This document shows, piece after piece, positions 29,275 to 39,182 of a stretch of 64,000 nt of DNA. This DNA comes from Deltaproteobacteria bacterium (lineage in GTDB: Bacteria > Myxococcota_A > Polyangia > Nannocystales > Nannocystaceae). The first letter of the stretch is position 1, and each line of letters begins with the position of its first letter. A program made the translations under genes and the position numbers. Under the pieces are notes generated by a model. It ran no database searches, was not told the DNA's origin, and saw nothing but the letters and a program-made list of their open reading frames with translations. The stretch lies in contig JADJRA010000001.1 in the NCBI GenBank assembly GCA_016712475.1, positions 1,541,414-1,605,413 of the forward strand, read 5' to 3'.

Positions 29275-30876
29275 ATGTCGATGGCGATGGCGTTCGCGTT
29301 CGCGTTCGCGCTCGCTGGCCACGCCCATGCGGGCCCCGCGACCCCGGCGACCCCGTCCGAGAAGGCGGAGCAGGAGCCGATCGCCGCGCCCGACTCGCCG
29401 CAGGCGGTCGTCGACGCGTTCCTCGAGCTGGGCGATCGCGGCGAGTTCGAGGAGGCTGCAGCCTACGTCGATCTCGGGCGTGGCGACGCAGCTCAGGGCC
29501 CCGAGCTCGCGCGACGGCTGCACGCGGTGCTGTCGCGGTCCGCCTCGATCAACCCCGAGCTGCTGTCGGGCAAGCCCGAGGGCGACGTTGCCGACGGCCT
29601 GCCGCGCACGGTCGAGCGCATCGGGGAGATCGTCCCCGAGGGCGGCGACGAGGCCGAGGCGGTCGACGTGCTGCTGCAGCGTCGCAGCCGCGGGACCCCA
29701 CGCTGGGTGTTCTCGCGCAAGACCGTGCAGAACGTCGATGCGTGGTACGAGTCGCTGCACGATCGCTGGCTGATCGACAACTTGCCCGAGCCGCTGCTGC
29801 GCACCGGCTGGGGTGGCCTCGCGTACTGGCAGTGGCTCGCGCTGCCGGGCTGGCTCGCGTTGGCGTGGTTCGCCGGCTGGGCGCTGGGCCGCATCACGCG
29901 ACGCATGGTCGGACCGCTGGTCGCGCGCACGCGGACCGAGGCCGACGACATGCTGCTACGGCGGTTCTCTGGCCCGCTCACGCTGCTGTGGACGCTGGCG
30001 GTGTGCCGCGTGACGCTGCCGCTGCTGTCGCTGCTGCCGCGCCCGGAGGCGCTGATGCACGAGATCTTCGGCGCGGTGCTGGTGCTGCTGGTGTTCTGGG
30101 GGGCGCTGCGCGCGGTCGATCTCCTCGCCGACATGGTCAACCGCTCCAGCTGGGCCGCGGCGCGCAGCGGCACCAAGGCCCTGCTGCCGCTGGCCTCTCG
30201 CATCGTCAAGGTCGTGGTCGGTGCGCTCGCGATCGTCGCGGTGTTCGCCAAGCTCGACTACCCCATCGCGAGCCTGCTCGCGGGCCTCGGCATCGGCGGT
30301 CTCGCGGTCGCTCTGGCCGCGCAGAAGAGCTTCGAGAACCTCATCGGTGCGTTCGCGATCGGGGCCGATCAGCCCTTCCGCGAGGGCGACTTCGTGCGGG
30401 TCGAGGACTTCGTCGGCACCGTCGAGGCCATCGGCCTGCGATCGACCCGGTTTCGCACCCTCGATCGTACCGTCATCACGATCCCCAACGGCAAGCTCGC
30501 CGACATGCGACTCGAGACCTTGGCTGCCCGCGATCGCCTGCGCCTGGCGTGCACGCTCGGCCTCACCTACGGCACCACCGAGGCGCAGATCCGCGAGATC
30601 CTCGAGGGCCTGCGCACGATCCTCGCCGAGCACCCCAAGACGTGGAAGGACAACATCATGGTCCGCTTCGTCGGCTTCGGCGCCTCGTCGCTCGACCTCG
30701 AGATCATGGTGTGGTTCGCGACCTCGGACTGGAACGAGTTCGTCGCGCTGCGCGAGGACGTGCTGCTGGCGTTCATGGGCGTGGTCGAGCGCGCGGGCAG
30801 CTCGTTCGCGTTCCCGACCCGCACGGTGCACCTCGTGCACGATGCCGTGGGCGAGCGACCCGCCGGCCCGGGCTGA
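29275..30876 (+). CDS. Mechanosensitive ion channel (MscS family) with a periplasmic N-terminal domain.
   Basis: Signal peptide, several TM helices, then the MscS beta-domain pattern (GDFVRVEDFVGTVEAIGLRSTRFRTLDRTVITIPNGKL). Confidence 0.8.
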   Translation: MSMAMAFAFAFALAGHAHAGPATPATPSEKAEQEPIAAPDSPQAVVDAFLELGDRGEFEEAAAYVDLGRGDAAQGPELARRLHAVLSRSASINPELLSGKPEGDVADGLPRTVERIGEIVPEGGDEAEAVDVLLQRRSRGTPRWVFSRKTVQNVDAWYESLHDRWLIDNLPEPLLRTGWGGLAYWQWLALPGWLALAWFAGWALGRITRRMVGPLVARTRTEADDMLLRRFSGPLTLLWTLAVCRVTLPLLSLLPRPEALMHEIFGAVLVLLVFWGALRAVDLLADMVNRSSWAAARSGTKALLPLASRIVKVVVGALAIVAVFAKLDYPIASLLAGLGIGGLAVALAAQKSFENLIGAFAIGADQPFREGDFVRVEDFVGTVEAIGLRSTRFRTLDRTVITIPNGKLADMRLETLAARDRLRLACTLGLTYGTTEAQIREILEGLRTILAEHPKTWKDNIMVRFVGFGASSLDLEIMVWFATSDWNEFVALREDVLLAFMGVVERAGSSFAFPTRTVHLVHDAVGERPAGPG

Positions 30877-31037
30877 CGGCCCGGGCTGACGACCCGAACC
30901 GTCACCCGGACGGCGCAGCCCCCCGGAAACGGCTCGCGCACGGTGCGGTCGCGAACGCACGCGCCGGTGGCCCGCGTTCCGCCCCAACTCTCGCCACCTG
31001 CCGTGATCGCGGCGGCTGGCGGTGACACCATCGATCC

Positions 31038-31709
31038 GTGACCCTGCCGTCGTTCATCCGAGGGACGTTGGTGTGCACGAGCGTCGTGCTCGCGGGTTGC
31101 AAGCCCTGCGAGGATCATCCGCCCGCCACGCCGCCGCCACCCGATCCCCACGCCGACGCGCTGCAGATCGTCGCCGGCGAGTTCCTCGACGGCGCGACCG
31201 TTCAGCTGGCGTTCTCGCGGCCGCTAGCCCCCGTCGACGGCGTCGACCCGAGCAAGTTCCGCCTCTCGGTCGCGTGGGGCCAACGCTACGATCTGCGCGC
31301 GCAGTGCCGAGCGTCGACCTACTATTGCGAACCCGCCCTGGGCCTGACCGACTTCGCCTGCGCGAGCTGCTACGCGAGCTCGTACGTCGCCGACGATGCC
31401 TGCCCTCCACCATTGGCGGTGACCTCGCTCGCGCGCAATCCCGACGACGCCACACAGCTGCGCCTCGGGTTGTCGATGCCGATCGATCCGCTGCTCTGCC
31501 TGCAGCTCGAGTACACCGCCGGCGACGCATTCCTGCAGGTGCACTTCTCGCGCCTCGACATGCCGACCATCACCGACCAGGACGGTGAGGCGCTCGCCGA
31601 CCTCTCGCCCCGCTGGGTGCTCGAGGACACCACCGAGACCCTACACGAAGGCCTGTTCCCGCTGCGCGACGCATTGGTGCCGATCCCGTGCCCCGAGGAC
31701 TTCGGTTGA
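31038..31709 (+). CDS. Hypothetical lipoprotein.
   Basis: Lipobox (LVCTSVVLAGCKPC) and a protein-like frame. Its stop overlaps the next gene's start. Confidence 0.55.
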   Translation: MTLPSFIRGTLVCTSVVLAGCKPCEDHPPATPPPPDPHADALQIVAGEFLDGATVQLAFSRPLAPVDGVDPSKFRLSVAWGQRYDLRAQCRASTYYCEPALGLTDFACASCYASSYVADDACPPPLAVTSLARNPDDATQLRLGLSMPIDPLLCLQLEYTAGDAFLQVHFSRLDMPTITDQDGEALADLSPRWVLEDTTETLHEGLFPLRDALVPIPCPEDFG

Positions 31710-32710
31710 GTCCGTCGGGGTGGCTCGCCGTGCTCGTAGGCCTCGCGGCGGTCGCGTGGCCGTGCGGGCAGGTTGCCGACGCTTGCAGCCTCGCGCCGCG
31801 CGTGCGCGCCGTCGATGCACCGGCCGACGGCGCGACCGACGTGCCGACCAACGCGGTGCTGTGGATCCCCTTCGACGTCTCGCTCGAGGGTGACGAACCG
31901 ACGACCTCGCGTCTTCGCAGTGACGATGGCGTCGAGGTGGCGCTCGATGTGCACGTGGTCGCTGGCGTGCGCGTGATGCAGCCGCTCTCGCCGCTGGGTC
32001 CGCTCACGCGGTACACCGTGATCGGCTGCCGTGATGGCGCGTGTCCGTTCGAGCTGCGCGCCTTCACCACCGGCGCGGGTCCCGATCTCGACCCACCCGC
32101 GATCCCCGTCGAGCTCGGCCGCGAGCTCGACGTCGAACGGATAGTCGGGTTCTGCGCGGGCACCTATCGCAGCGTGGCGATCGACCTCGAGTTCGACGGC
32201 CTCTTGGTCGCCGACCTGGGTCTGCCCGAGTTCGACGAACGCAGCCGGCGCGGCCAACCCGATGCGATCACGACCGAGATCGATCATCCGCTGGTGGTCG
32301 ACGAAGTCGAAGCGCCGTCCACGGAGGTTGCGATCCGCGTCGGCGTCTTCGATGCCGCCGGCAACTTCTCGGGCTGGCAGGAGCTCGACCCGCTCGAGTT
32401 CGGCGGCTGCAGCTGCCGCGGCGGCGACCCGACGGCTCCACCGCTGTGGTGCCTGGCGTTCACGCTGCTGCGACGACGGCGGTCCCGCAACGCCCAAAGT
32501 ACTGGAACGGACCCGTGGACGACTCGCCCGCGCCGGTGCTCTCGCCACCGTCGGAGGACGCCGCGCGGCCCACTTTGCATCGACGGCGCCGCTAGGACAG
32601 CGCGAGCATGCGGTCGATCGGCGCCTTGGCGGCCTCGCGCAGCGCGACCGGCATGTCGAGCTCGGGCGACATGTCACGCAGGCACACGTAGAGCTTCTCG
32701 AGCGTGTTGA
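31688..32710 (+). CDS. Secreted protein with a MYXO-CTERM sorting signal; the ORF runs about 70 codons past the tag.
   Basis: Signal peptide ([16 protein letters not shown]). [27 protein letters not shown] matches MYXO-CTERM. The tail after RRRR looks like noise and overlaps nadA convergently. Confidence 0.5.
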   Translation: MPRGLRLSPSGWLAVLVGLAAVAWPCGQVADACSLAPRVRAVDAPADGATDVPTNAVLWIPFDVSLEGDEPTTSRLRSDDGVEVALDVHVVAGVRVMQPLSPLGPLTRYTVIGCRDGACPFELRAFTTGAGPDLDPPAIPVELGRELDVERIVGFCAGTYRSVAIDLEFDGLLVADLGLPEFDERSRRGQPDAITTEIDHPLVVDEVEAPSTEVAIRVGVFDAAGNFSGWQELDPLEFGGCSCRGGDPTAPPLWCLAFTLLRRRRSRNAQSTGTDPWTTRPRRCSRHRRRTPRGPLCIDGAARTARACGRSAPWRPRAARPACRARATCHAGTRRASRAC

Positions 32711-33536
32711 GCCGCATGAAGGGGCACTCGTTGCACGCGCACTGGGCCTGCGGCGGCGCGGGCACGAAGGTCTTGTGCGGGGCCTGCTTGGTCATCTGTG
32801 TGAGGATGCCGGCCTCGGTCACGACGATGAATGTGTCGTGCGGCGAGTTCACGGCGTACTCGAGCAGCCTCGTGGTCGAGCCGATGAAGTCGGCCATCGC
32901 CAGCACCTGCGGCTCGCACTCGGGGTGCGCGATGACCTGGGCGGTCGGGTGCTCGGCCTTGAGCGCGATCAGCTTTCGCTCGCTGAAGGTCTCGTGCACG
33001 ATGCACGAGCCCGGCCACAGGATCATCTCGCGGCCGGTCTGCTGCATGAGCCAGCGGCCGAGGTTGCGGTCGGGTGCGAACAGGATCGGTGTGCCCTCGG
33101 GCACCGAGTTCACCACCTTCACCGCGTTCGACGAGGTGCAGATGATGTCGCTGGCGGCCTTCACCTCGGCGGTGCAGTTGATGTAGCTGATGGCGACCGC
33201 GCCCGGGTGGCGCTCGCGCCAGGCCTTGAACCGATCGCCGGGGCAGCCGCTGGCGAGCGAGCAACCCGCGTCGAGGTCGGGCAAGAGCACCGTCCGCGTG
33301 GGATTGAGGATCTTCGCGGTCTCGGCCATGAAGTGGACGCCGCAGAACACGATGACGTCGGCGGTGGTGTCGCGCGCGGCCTGGGCCAGCTGCAGCGAGT
33401 CGCCGATGAAGTCCGCCAAGCCCTGGATCTCGCTCTCCTGGTAGTAGTGCGCGAGGATCACCGCGTTGCGCTCCCGCTTGAGGCGCAGGATCTCGTCCTC
33501 GAGATCGAGCCGTGGATCGACGTAGGGCTGTTCCAT
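32592..33536 (-). CDS. nadA: Quinolinate synthase NadA.
   Basis: Conserved NadA blocks ([32 protein letters not shown]) and three Cys ligands. The start is taken at MEQPYVDP (33536); an alternative ATG is at 33575. Confidence 0.85.
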   Translation of the reverse strand: MEQPYVDPRLDLEDEILRLKRERNAVILAHYYQESEIQGLADFIGDSLQLAQAARDTTADVIVFCGVHFMAETAKILNPTRTVLLPDLDAGCSLASGCPGDRFKAWRERHPGAVAISYINCTAEVKAASDIICTSSNAVKVVNSVPEGTPILFAPDRNLGRWLMQQTGREMILWPGSCIVHETFSERKLIALKAEHPTAQVIAHPECEPQVLAMADFIGSTTRLLEYAVNSPHDTFIVVTEAGILTQMTKQAPHKTFVPAPPQAQCACNECPFMRLNTLEKLYVCLRDMSPELDMPVALREAAKAPIDRMLALS

Positions 33537-33794
33537 CTGCGCGAGCAGTGTACTACCCGCCGGGCACGCGGCCATGCGATCACACACGCGACGGCTCACC
33601 TCGTCGGGCGGTGGCGCGCGGGCGACTACGGATGCCCGTGGTTCAGCCGGCGCGGTGCCAGCGGCCGGTGACCCGACGCGCGACCGCAGCGCCCCGCTCG
33701 AAGGCCCGCGCGCACGGGACCCGTCCGGTATCGGCGCACGAAACATCCGGTCGCTCACCTCCGTACCTCGTCACGCGGCACGAGCGCGACTTGA

Positions 33795-33835
33795 CGGGCA
33801 GCGTCGCTACGCTAAGGATTGACTGACCGTTCAAC
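33795..33835 (+). promoter_or_regulatory. Candidate promoter and operator for the tetR-MFP-RND operon: a TTGACG -35-like hexamer and the imperfect inverted repeat TTGACTGACCGTTCAA.
   Basis: Visible at 33795-33832, just upstream of the TetR start. The IR is only TTGA-N8-TCAA, so this call is weak. Confidence 0.25.
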
Positions 33836-33851
33836 CAAAAACCCCCGCGCC

Positions 33852-34496
33852 ATGCCCCGCTCCACCAAAGAGAACGCCGAGCTCCGTGAGGTGCGTCGCC
33901 GCCACATCCTCGATGCGGCGCTGCGCGTGTTCGCAGCCAAGGGCCTCGCACGCGCGAAGGTGGCCGACATCGCCCGCGAGGCGAACTTCAGCCACGGCCT
34001 GCTGTACCACTACTTCGCCGGCAAGGAGGCCGTGTTCGAGGCGCTGGTGGCCGAGGTCATGGAGCGCATCGACGCCGATCTGGCCCCCACCACCGAGCGG
34101 GCGATCGATCGCATCACGGCCTCGATCACGCGGCGCTGCGAGATGCTCGATGGGCCCGACCCGGTACGGGTCGTGATGCATGCGGTCTTCCAGGGCGAAG
34201 TCGGCACCCCCGAGCTCCGCGCGCGCCTGAGCAAGCACATGGTTCGCCTCCGTCGCCGCCTTCGCGACCTCATCGCGCGGGCGCAACGCGAAGGTGACAT
34301 CGATCCGAACATCGACGCCGACGAGATCGGCCGACTGCTGATGTTCCTCTTCCGCGGCCTGTCGATCGACGTGCCGCACCATCCGCTACCGCGCCCGGCC
34401 GCGGAGACCATTCTGCACCTGCTGGCCCCCGGCCGGCGCGGCGCCCCGCGCTGGGCCGCGCAAACCACGACTCGTTCACGGCGAACCGGAACATGA
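33852..34496 (+). CDS. TetR/AcrR-family transcriptional regulator.
   Basis: TetR HTH (AKGLARAKVADIAREANFSHGLLYHYFAGKEAV). The stop overlaps the MFP start (ATGA). Confidence 0.85.
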   Translation: MPRSTKENAELREVRRRHILDAALRVFAAKGLARAKVADIAREANFSHGLLYHYFAGKEAVFEALVAEVMERIDADLAPTTERAIDRITASITRRCEMLDGPDPVRVVMHAVFQGEVGTPELRARLSKHMVRLRRRLRDLIARAQREGDIDPNIDADEIGRLLMFLFRGLSIDVPHHPLPRPAAETILHLLAPGRRGAPRWAAQTTTRSRRTGT

Positions 34497-35704
34497 CACG
34501 CACGTTCACCCTCGCGAGCGCAGCTCTGCTGACGACGCTCATCCTCCCGCTCGGCGGCTGCACCAAGGCGAAGACCGCCGAGGTGGTCCAGCGCGACGAG
34601 GCCGCGCCGGTCGACATCCACGTCGCGGCGGTGCGCAAGATCATCCGCCCGGCCGAGCTCGTGCTCGACGGTACCCTGCTCGCCGACGAAGAGTCGCGTG
34701 TGACTTCGGTGGTCTCGGGCCGCGTGGTCGAGGTCTTCGTGGAGCGTGGCAGCCGGGTCGAGGCCGACGCGCCGCTCATCCGCCTGCGCGACGTCGACTA
34801 CGAGCTCGCGGCCAAGGCCGCGCGGGACCAGCTCGCACAGGCGCGCGCGCGCCTCGGCATCAAGGCCAACGGCGGCGCCCCCTCGCCCGAGACCCTGCCC
34901 GACGTGCAGGCGGCCAAGGCCGAGGCCAAGCTGGCACAGAGCGAGCTCGAGCGCAGCGAGAAGCTCGTCACCAGCGGCGCGGTCTCGGCTAGCGATCTCG
35001 ATCAGCTCCGCACGCGCGCGGCGTCGGCACAGGACCGCTACCAGAGCGCGCTGAACTCCGCGCGCGCGCAGGTCGCCGCGGTCTCCGCCGCCAAGACCTC
35101 GCTCGAGCAGGCGCAGACCCAGCGCGACGAGGCGCTGGTGCGAGCCCCGTTCGCGGGCGAGATCGCCGACCGCCTGGTCTCGGTCGGCGAGTACGTCTCG
35201 CCGCAGACCGCGTTGGTGCACCTGGTCCGCGTGCAGCCGCTACGCATCGAGCTCGCGGTCCCGCAGCAGCACCTGCAGCAGGTACAGCCCGGTCAGAAGG
35301 TGACACTGCGCATCGACGCGATCGCCGAGCGTACCTTCGAAGCCACCGTGCGCTACGTCAGTGCGTCGGTCGAGCGCAACACCCGAGCGCTCACCGTCGA
35401 GGCGGTGGTACCCAACGACGACGGCGTGCTGCGCCCAGGCCTGTTCGCCACCGCACGGCTGCAGACCGGCGAGCGGCAGACCGTGAGCGAGCTGCCCGCC
35501 GAAGCGGTCCGTACCGCCGCGGGCGTGTCGCGGGTGTTCGTCGTCAACGGCAGCAGCATCACCGAGCGTGTGGTCTCGATCGCCGATCGCGTCGGCGACA
35601 AGATCATCATCGCCGAGGGCCTCGGCGAGGGCGAACGCGTGGCGATCGACGGCTTCGACAAGCTGGGCGATGGCGTCGCGGTGAACGTGCTGGACGCGGA
35701 GTAG
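34493..35704 (+). CDS. Efflux RND transporter periplasmic adaptor subunit (membrane fusion protein), lipoprotein.
   Basis: Lipobox (ILPLGGCTK), a coiled-coil hairpin region and the beta-barrel/MP domain pattern typical of the HlyD/AcrA family. Confidence 0.85.
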   Translation: MTRTFTLASAALLTTLILPLGGCTKAKTAEVVQRDEAAPVDIHVAAVRKIIRPAELVLDGTLLADEESRVTSVVSGRVVEVFVERGSRVEADAPLIRLRDVDYELAAKAARDQLAQARARLGIKANGGAPSPETLPDVQAAKAEAKLAQSELERSEKLVTSGAVSASDLDQLRTRAASAQDRYQSALNSARAQVAAVSAAKTSLEQAQTQRDEALVRAPFAGEIADRLVSVGEYVSPQTALVHLVRVQPLRIELAVPQQHLQQVQPGQKVTLRIDAIAERTFEATVRYVSASVERNTRALTVEAVVPNDDGVLRPGLFATARLQTGERQTVSELPAEAVRTAAGVSRVFVVNGSSITERVVSIADRVGDKIIIAEGLGEGERVAIDGFDKLGDGVAVNVLDAE

Positions 35705-35714
35705 GAACCGAATC

Positions 35715-38700
35715 ATGCAGTGGCTCGCACGCATCTGTGTTCGGCACCCCGTGTTCACGTGGGTGCTGGTGCTCGCACTCTCGGTGTTCGGCATCGCCAG
35801 CGTCTCGGAGCTCGGCGTCGACCGATTCCCCAAGATCGACTTTCCCGCGATCGTGGTGACCACGGTATTGCCCGGCGCGTCGCCGGAGCAGATCGAGACC
35901 GAAGTCACCGAGCGCATCGAAGAGCAGCTGAACTCGATCGCCGGTCTCGACGAGCTGACCTCGAACTCGTACGAGGGCTTCAGCGTCGTGATGGCGCGCT
36001 TCGACCTCGAGAAGAGCCTCGGCGAGGCCTCCGAGGAGGTCCGCGACCGCGTCGCCCGCGTGGTCTCGACGCTGCCCGAGGGTGTCGAGCAGCCCCGGGT
36101 CGAGCGCATCGATCCCGACGCGGCGCCGGTCATGTTGGTCGCCGTCCGCAGCACCCGCTCGCTGCTCGAGGTCACCGACTACGCCGACCGCGTCATCCGC
36201 CGACGCATCGAGTCGCTCGGCGGCGTCGGTGGCATCTCGCTCTCGGGCAGCCGTGAGCGCGAGATCCAGGTGGTGGTCGATCCGCGCAAGCTGGCCGGCG
36301 TCGACCTCACCGTGCGCGACGTCCAGCGCGCGCTGGCAGCCGAGAATGTCGAGATTCCCGGCGGCAACGTCGATCAGGGCGAGCGCACGCTGCAGCTGCG
36401 CGTGGCCGGCCGCATCGCCGATCCCCGCGAGTTCGAGGCCATCCCGGTGGCGCTGCGCGGTGGCACCGTCATCCGCATCCGCGACGTCGCGGCGGTGCGT
36501 GACGTCGGCCGCGACCCGGAGTCGTTCGCCACCATCGACGGCGAGTCGGTGGTCGTGCTGAACGTGCGCAAGCAGTCGGGCGCCAACACCGTCGCGGTGG
36601 TCGAGGCCCTGCGCGAGCGCATCGCCGAGGTCGAGCGCGAGATCCCGCCGAGCTATCGGCTCGAGATCGTGCGCGACGAGAGCGAGTTCATCTCGAACTC
36701 CATCCACGCCGTCGAGGAGCACCTCGTCATCGGCTCGATCTTCGCGGCGCTGGTGGTGTTGGCGTTCCTGCGCAACGGTCGCTCGACCATCATCGCGGCG
36801 CTGGCGATCCCCATCTCCATCATCTCGACCTTCACGCTGATCAACGCGCTGGGCCTCACGCTCAACATGATCACGCTGCTGGGCCTCACGCTGTCGGTCG
36901 GTATCGTCATCGACGACGCGATCGTGGTGCTCGAGAACATCGTGCGGTTCATCGAGGAGAAGGGCTACTCCCCCAGTCGTGCTGCGGTCGTGGCGACCCA
37001 GGAGATCGGGCTCGCGGTGCTGGCGACCTCGCTGTCGCTGATCGCGGTGTTCCTGCCGATCGCGTTCATGAGCGGCATCATCGGCCGCTTCATGGGCAGC
37101 TTCGGCTTCACGATGTCGTTCTCGGTCCTGGTGTCGATGTTCGTGTCGTTCACGCTGACGCCGATGTTGTGTGCGCGCTGGCTCAAGGGGCCCGTGCGTC
37201 CGCAGCACCCCGCCGGCGAGGCCGCACCGATGGCACCCCACGACGTCGGCCATCCCGTCGCCGCTGCGGTCACGGTGCCGCTCGACGACGACGACATGGG
37301 CTTCATCCCCGACCCGGCCCCGGGCGATCGCAAGCTCGAGCGGGCGGAGTTCCGCGCGTGGGCCCGAGGTGAGCGCACGGTCGCGCAAGTGCTCGCCGCC
37401 GGCGGCCACCAGGAGCACAACGGTCGCTTCTATCGCTTGCTCGAGACCGGCTACCTGCGCCTGCTGGCGTGGTCGATGCGCTATCGCTGGGCGGTCGCGA
37501 TCGTGCTGGTCGCGGCCATGGCCTCGCTGGGCCCGCTCATCAAGGCCACGCCGAAGAACTTCCTGCCGAACGAGGACGAGTCGCGCTTCGAGATCACGAT
37601 CCGCGCCCCCGAGGGCACCGCGCTGGCTCAGACCGCGCTGTTCGGTGAACGCCTGGCGCGGGCGGTGAAGACCCAGCCCGAGGTCACGACCACCGTGCTC
37701 ACCGTCGGCGCACCCGCAGGTGACCTGTCGGGTCGCGGGCCCAACCAGGCTTCGCTGTACGTTCGCATGATCCCGGCCGACCAGCGCGAGCTCTCGCAGG
37801 ACGAGTTCATCGTGAAGGTCCGCGAGGAGGTGCTCGCGGGCGTGCTGCCCGACGACGTGACCGTGCTGATCTCGCCGATCGCCCCGTTCGGCGGCTCCGG
37901 CCAGCAGGCCGCACCGGTGCAGTACATCATCTCGGGCCCCGACATCGCGAAGCTCGACGAGTACACGCAGGAGATGCTGCGCCGCGTGCGGGAGATCCCC
38001 GGCGTGAGCGAGGCCAGCACGTCGCTCATCACCGGCCGCCCGGCGTATGCGGTCCGGGTCGACCGTCGGCGCGCCGCCGACCTCGGGGTCTCGATCGCCG
38101 AGGTCGCCAACGCGTTGCGTCTGCTGGTCGGTGGCCTCGCGGTCAGCGACTTCAGCGAGTCGGGCGAGCGCTACGACGTCATCGTCCGTGCCGAGCTCGG
38201 CGCGCGCGGTCGGCCCGAGCAGATCGCCCAGATGACGGTGGCGTCGCAGACCGGACGTCCGGTGCGACTGTCCGACGTCGCGACCATCGAGGAGACCACC
38301 GGCCCGGCGGTCATCACCCACTTCGGCCGCGAGCGGCAAGCGACGATCTTCATCAACACCCTGCCCGGCTCTTCGGAGCAAGACATCATCGACGCGCTCG
38401 AGCGCATCCGCGTCGAGCTCGACCTCGAGCCCGGCTACCGCGGCCAGCTCTATGGTCGATCGCGCGAGCTCGGTCGCGCGATGCAGAGCTTCTTGGTGGC
38501 GGTGATCCTGTCGTTCACCTTCATGTACCTGGTGCTCGCGGCGCAGTTCGAGAGCTGGCTGCTGCCCGTCACGATCATGGCCTCGCTACCGCTGACGCTG
38601 CCGTTCGCGGTGTTCTCGCTGCTCGTGCTCGGACAGTCGCTGAACCTCTACTCGATGCTCGGCGTGATGGTGTTGTTCGGCGTGGTGAAGAAGAACTCGA

Positions 38701-39152
38701 TCCTGCAGATCGATCACATGCGGACGCTGCGTCGCAAGGGCCTCTCCCGCGCCGACGCCGTGATGATCGGCAACCGCGATCGACTGCGGCCCATCCTCAT
38801 GACGACGATCGCGTTCGTCGCCGGCATGGTCCCGCTGCTGGTCTCGAGCGGCGCGGGCTCGGGCACCAACCGTGCGATGGGCTCGGTCATCGCCGGCGGC
38901 CAGACGCTGTCGCTGCTGCTCACCCTGGTCGCCACGCCGGTCATCTACAGCTGGCTCGACGACCTCGCGCACTCGCGGGTCGCCGGCTGGATCGGCACCG
39001 GGCTGAGCTGGCCGTTGGTGCAGATCGATCGCCTGGTGAGTCGCAAGCCACAGCCGCACCCGGTGGTGACGCAGACGAGCAAGACCGTGCCGGCTCCCGC
39101 GGCCCCGCGGACGCGGGCGCATCGCCCCGAGCCAGACGATCGCGACGGCTAG
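35715..39152 (+). CDS. RND efflux pump permease (AcrB/HAE1-type), 1145 aa.
   Basis: Twelve-TM RND architecture with two large periplasmic loops. The N-terminal block MQWLARICVRHPVFTWVLVLALSVFG... is typical of the AcrB family. Confidence 0.9.
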   Translation: MQWLARICVRHPVFTWVLVLALSVFGIASVSELGVDRFPKIDFPAIVVTTVLPGASPEQIETEVTERIEEQLNSIAGLDELTSNSYEGFSVVMARFDLEKSLGEASEEVRDRVARVVSTLPEGVEQPRVERIDPDAAPVMLVAVRSTRSLLEVTDYADRVIRRRIESLGGVGGISLSGSREREIQVVVDPRKLAGVDLTVRDVQRALAAENVEIPGGNVDQGERTLQLRVAGRIADPREFEAIPVALRGGTVIRIRDVAAVRDVGRDPESFATIDGESVVVLNVRKQSGANTVAVVEALRERIAEVEREIPPSYRLEIVRDESEFISNSIHAVEEHLVIGSIFAALVVLAFLRNGRSTIIAALAIPISIISTFTLINALGLTLNMITLLGLTLSVGIVIDDAIVVLENIVRFIEEKGYSPSRAAVVATQEIGLAVLATSLSLIAVFLPIAFMSGIIGRFMGSFGFTMSFSVLVSMFVSFTLTPMLCARWLKGPVRPQHPAGEAAPMAPHDVGHPVAAAVTVPLDDDDMGFIPDPAPGDRKLERAEFRAWARGERTVAQVLAAGGHQEHNGRFYRLLETGYLRLLAWSMRYRWAVAIVLVAAMASLGPLIKATPKNFLPNEDESRFEITIRAPEGTALAQTALFGERLARAVKTQPEVTTTVLTVGAPAGDLSGRGPNQASLYVRMIPADQRELSQDEFIVKVREEVLAGVLPDDVTVLISPIAPFGGSGQQAAPVQYIISGPDIAKLDEYTQEMLRRVREIPGVSEASTSLITGRPAYAVRVDRRRAADLGVSIAEVANALRLLVGGLAVSDFSESGERYDVIVRAELGARGRPEQIAQMTVASQTGRPVRLSDVATIEETTGPAVITHFGRERQATIFINTLPGSSEQDIIDALERIRVELDLEPGYRGQLYGRSRELGRAMQSFLVAVILSFTFMYLVLAAQFESWLLPVTIMASLPLTLPFAVFSLLVLGQSLNLYSMLGVMVLFGVVKKNSILQIDHMRTLRRKGLSRADAVMIGNRDRLRPILMTTIAFVAGMVPLLVSSGAGSGTNRAMGSVIAGGQTLSLLLTLVATPVIYSWLDDLAHSRVAGWIGTGLSWPLVQIDRLVSRKPQPHPVVTQTSKTVPAPAAPRTRAHRPEPDDRDG

Positions 39153-39182
39153 CAGCGAGAAGCGGCGAGCGGCCGCGCGCTG

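Noticed and set aside
30862-30890. 13-bp tandem duplication GGCCCGGGCTGAC x2 covering the MscS stop codon
   Set aside because: Only two copies. It most likely reflects a small slippage duplication at the gene's 3' end and there is no evidence of function.
35607-38381. 924-aa minus-strand ORF, and similar long antisense ORFs at 43460..45397 and 47346..49886
   Set aside because: Shadow ORFs opposite the RND pump, the KAP NTPase and the paralog/hypothetical genes respectively. They have stop-codon-poor high-GC antisense frames and no protein-like composition.
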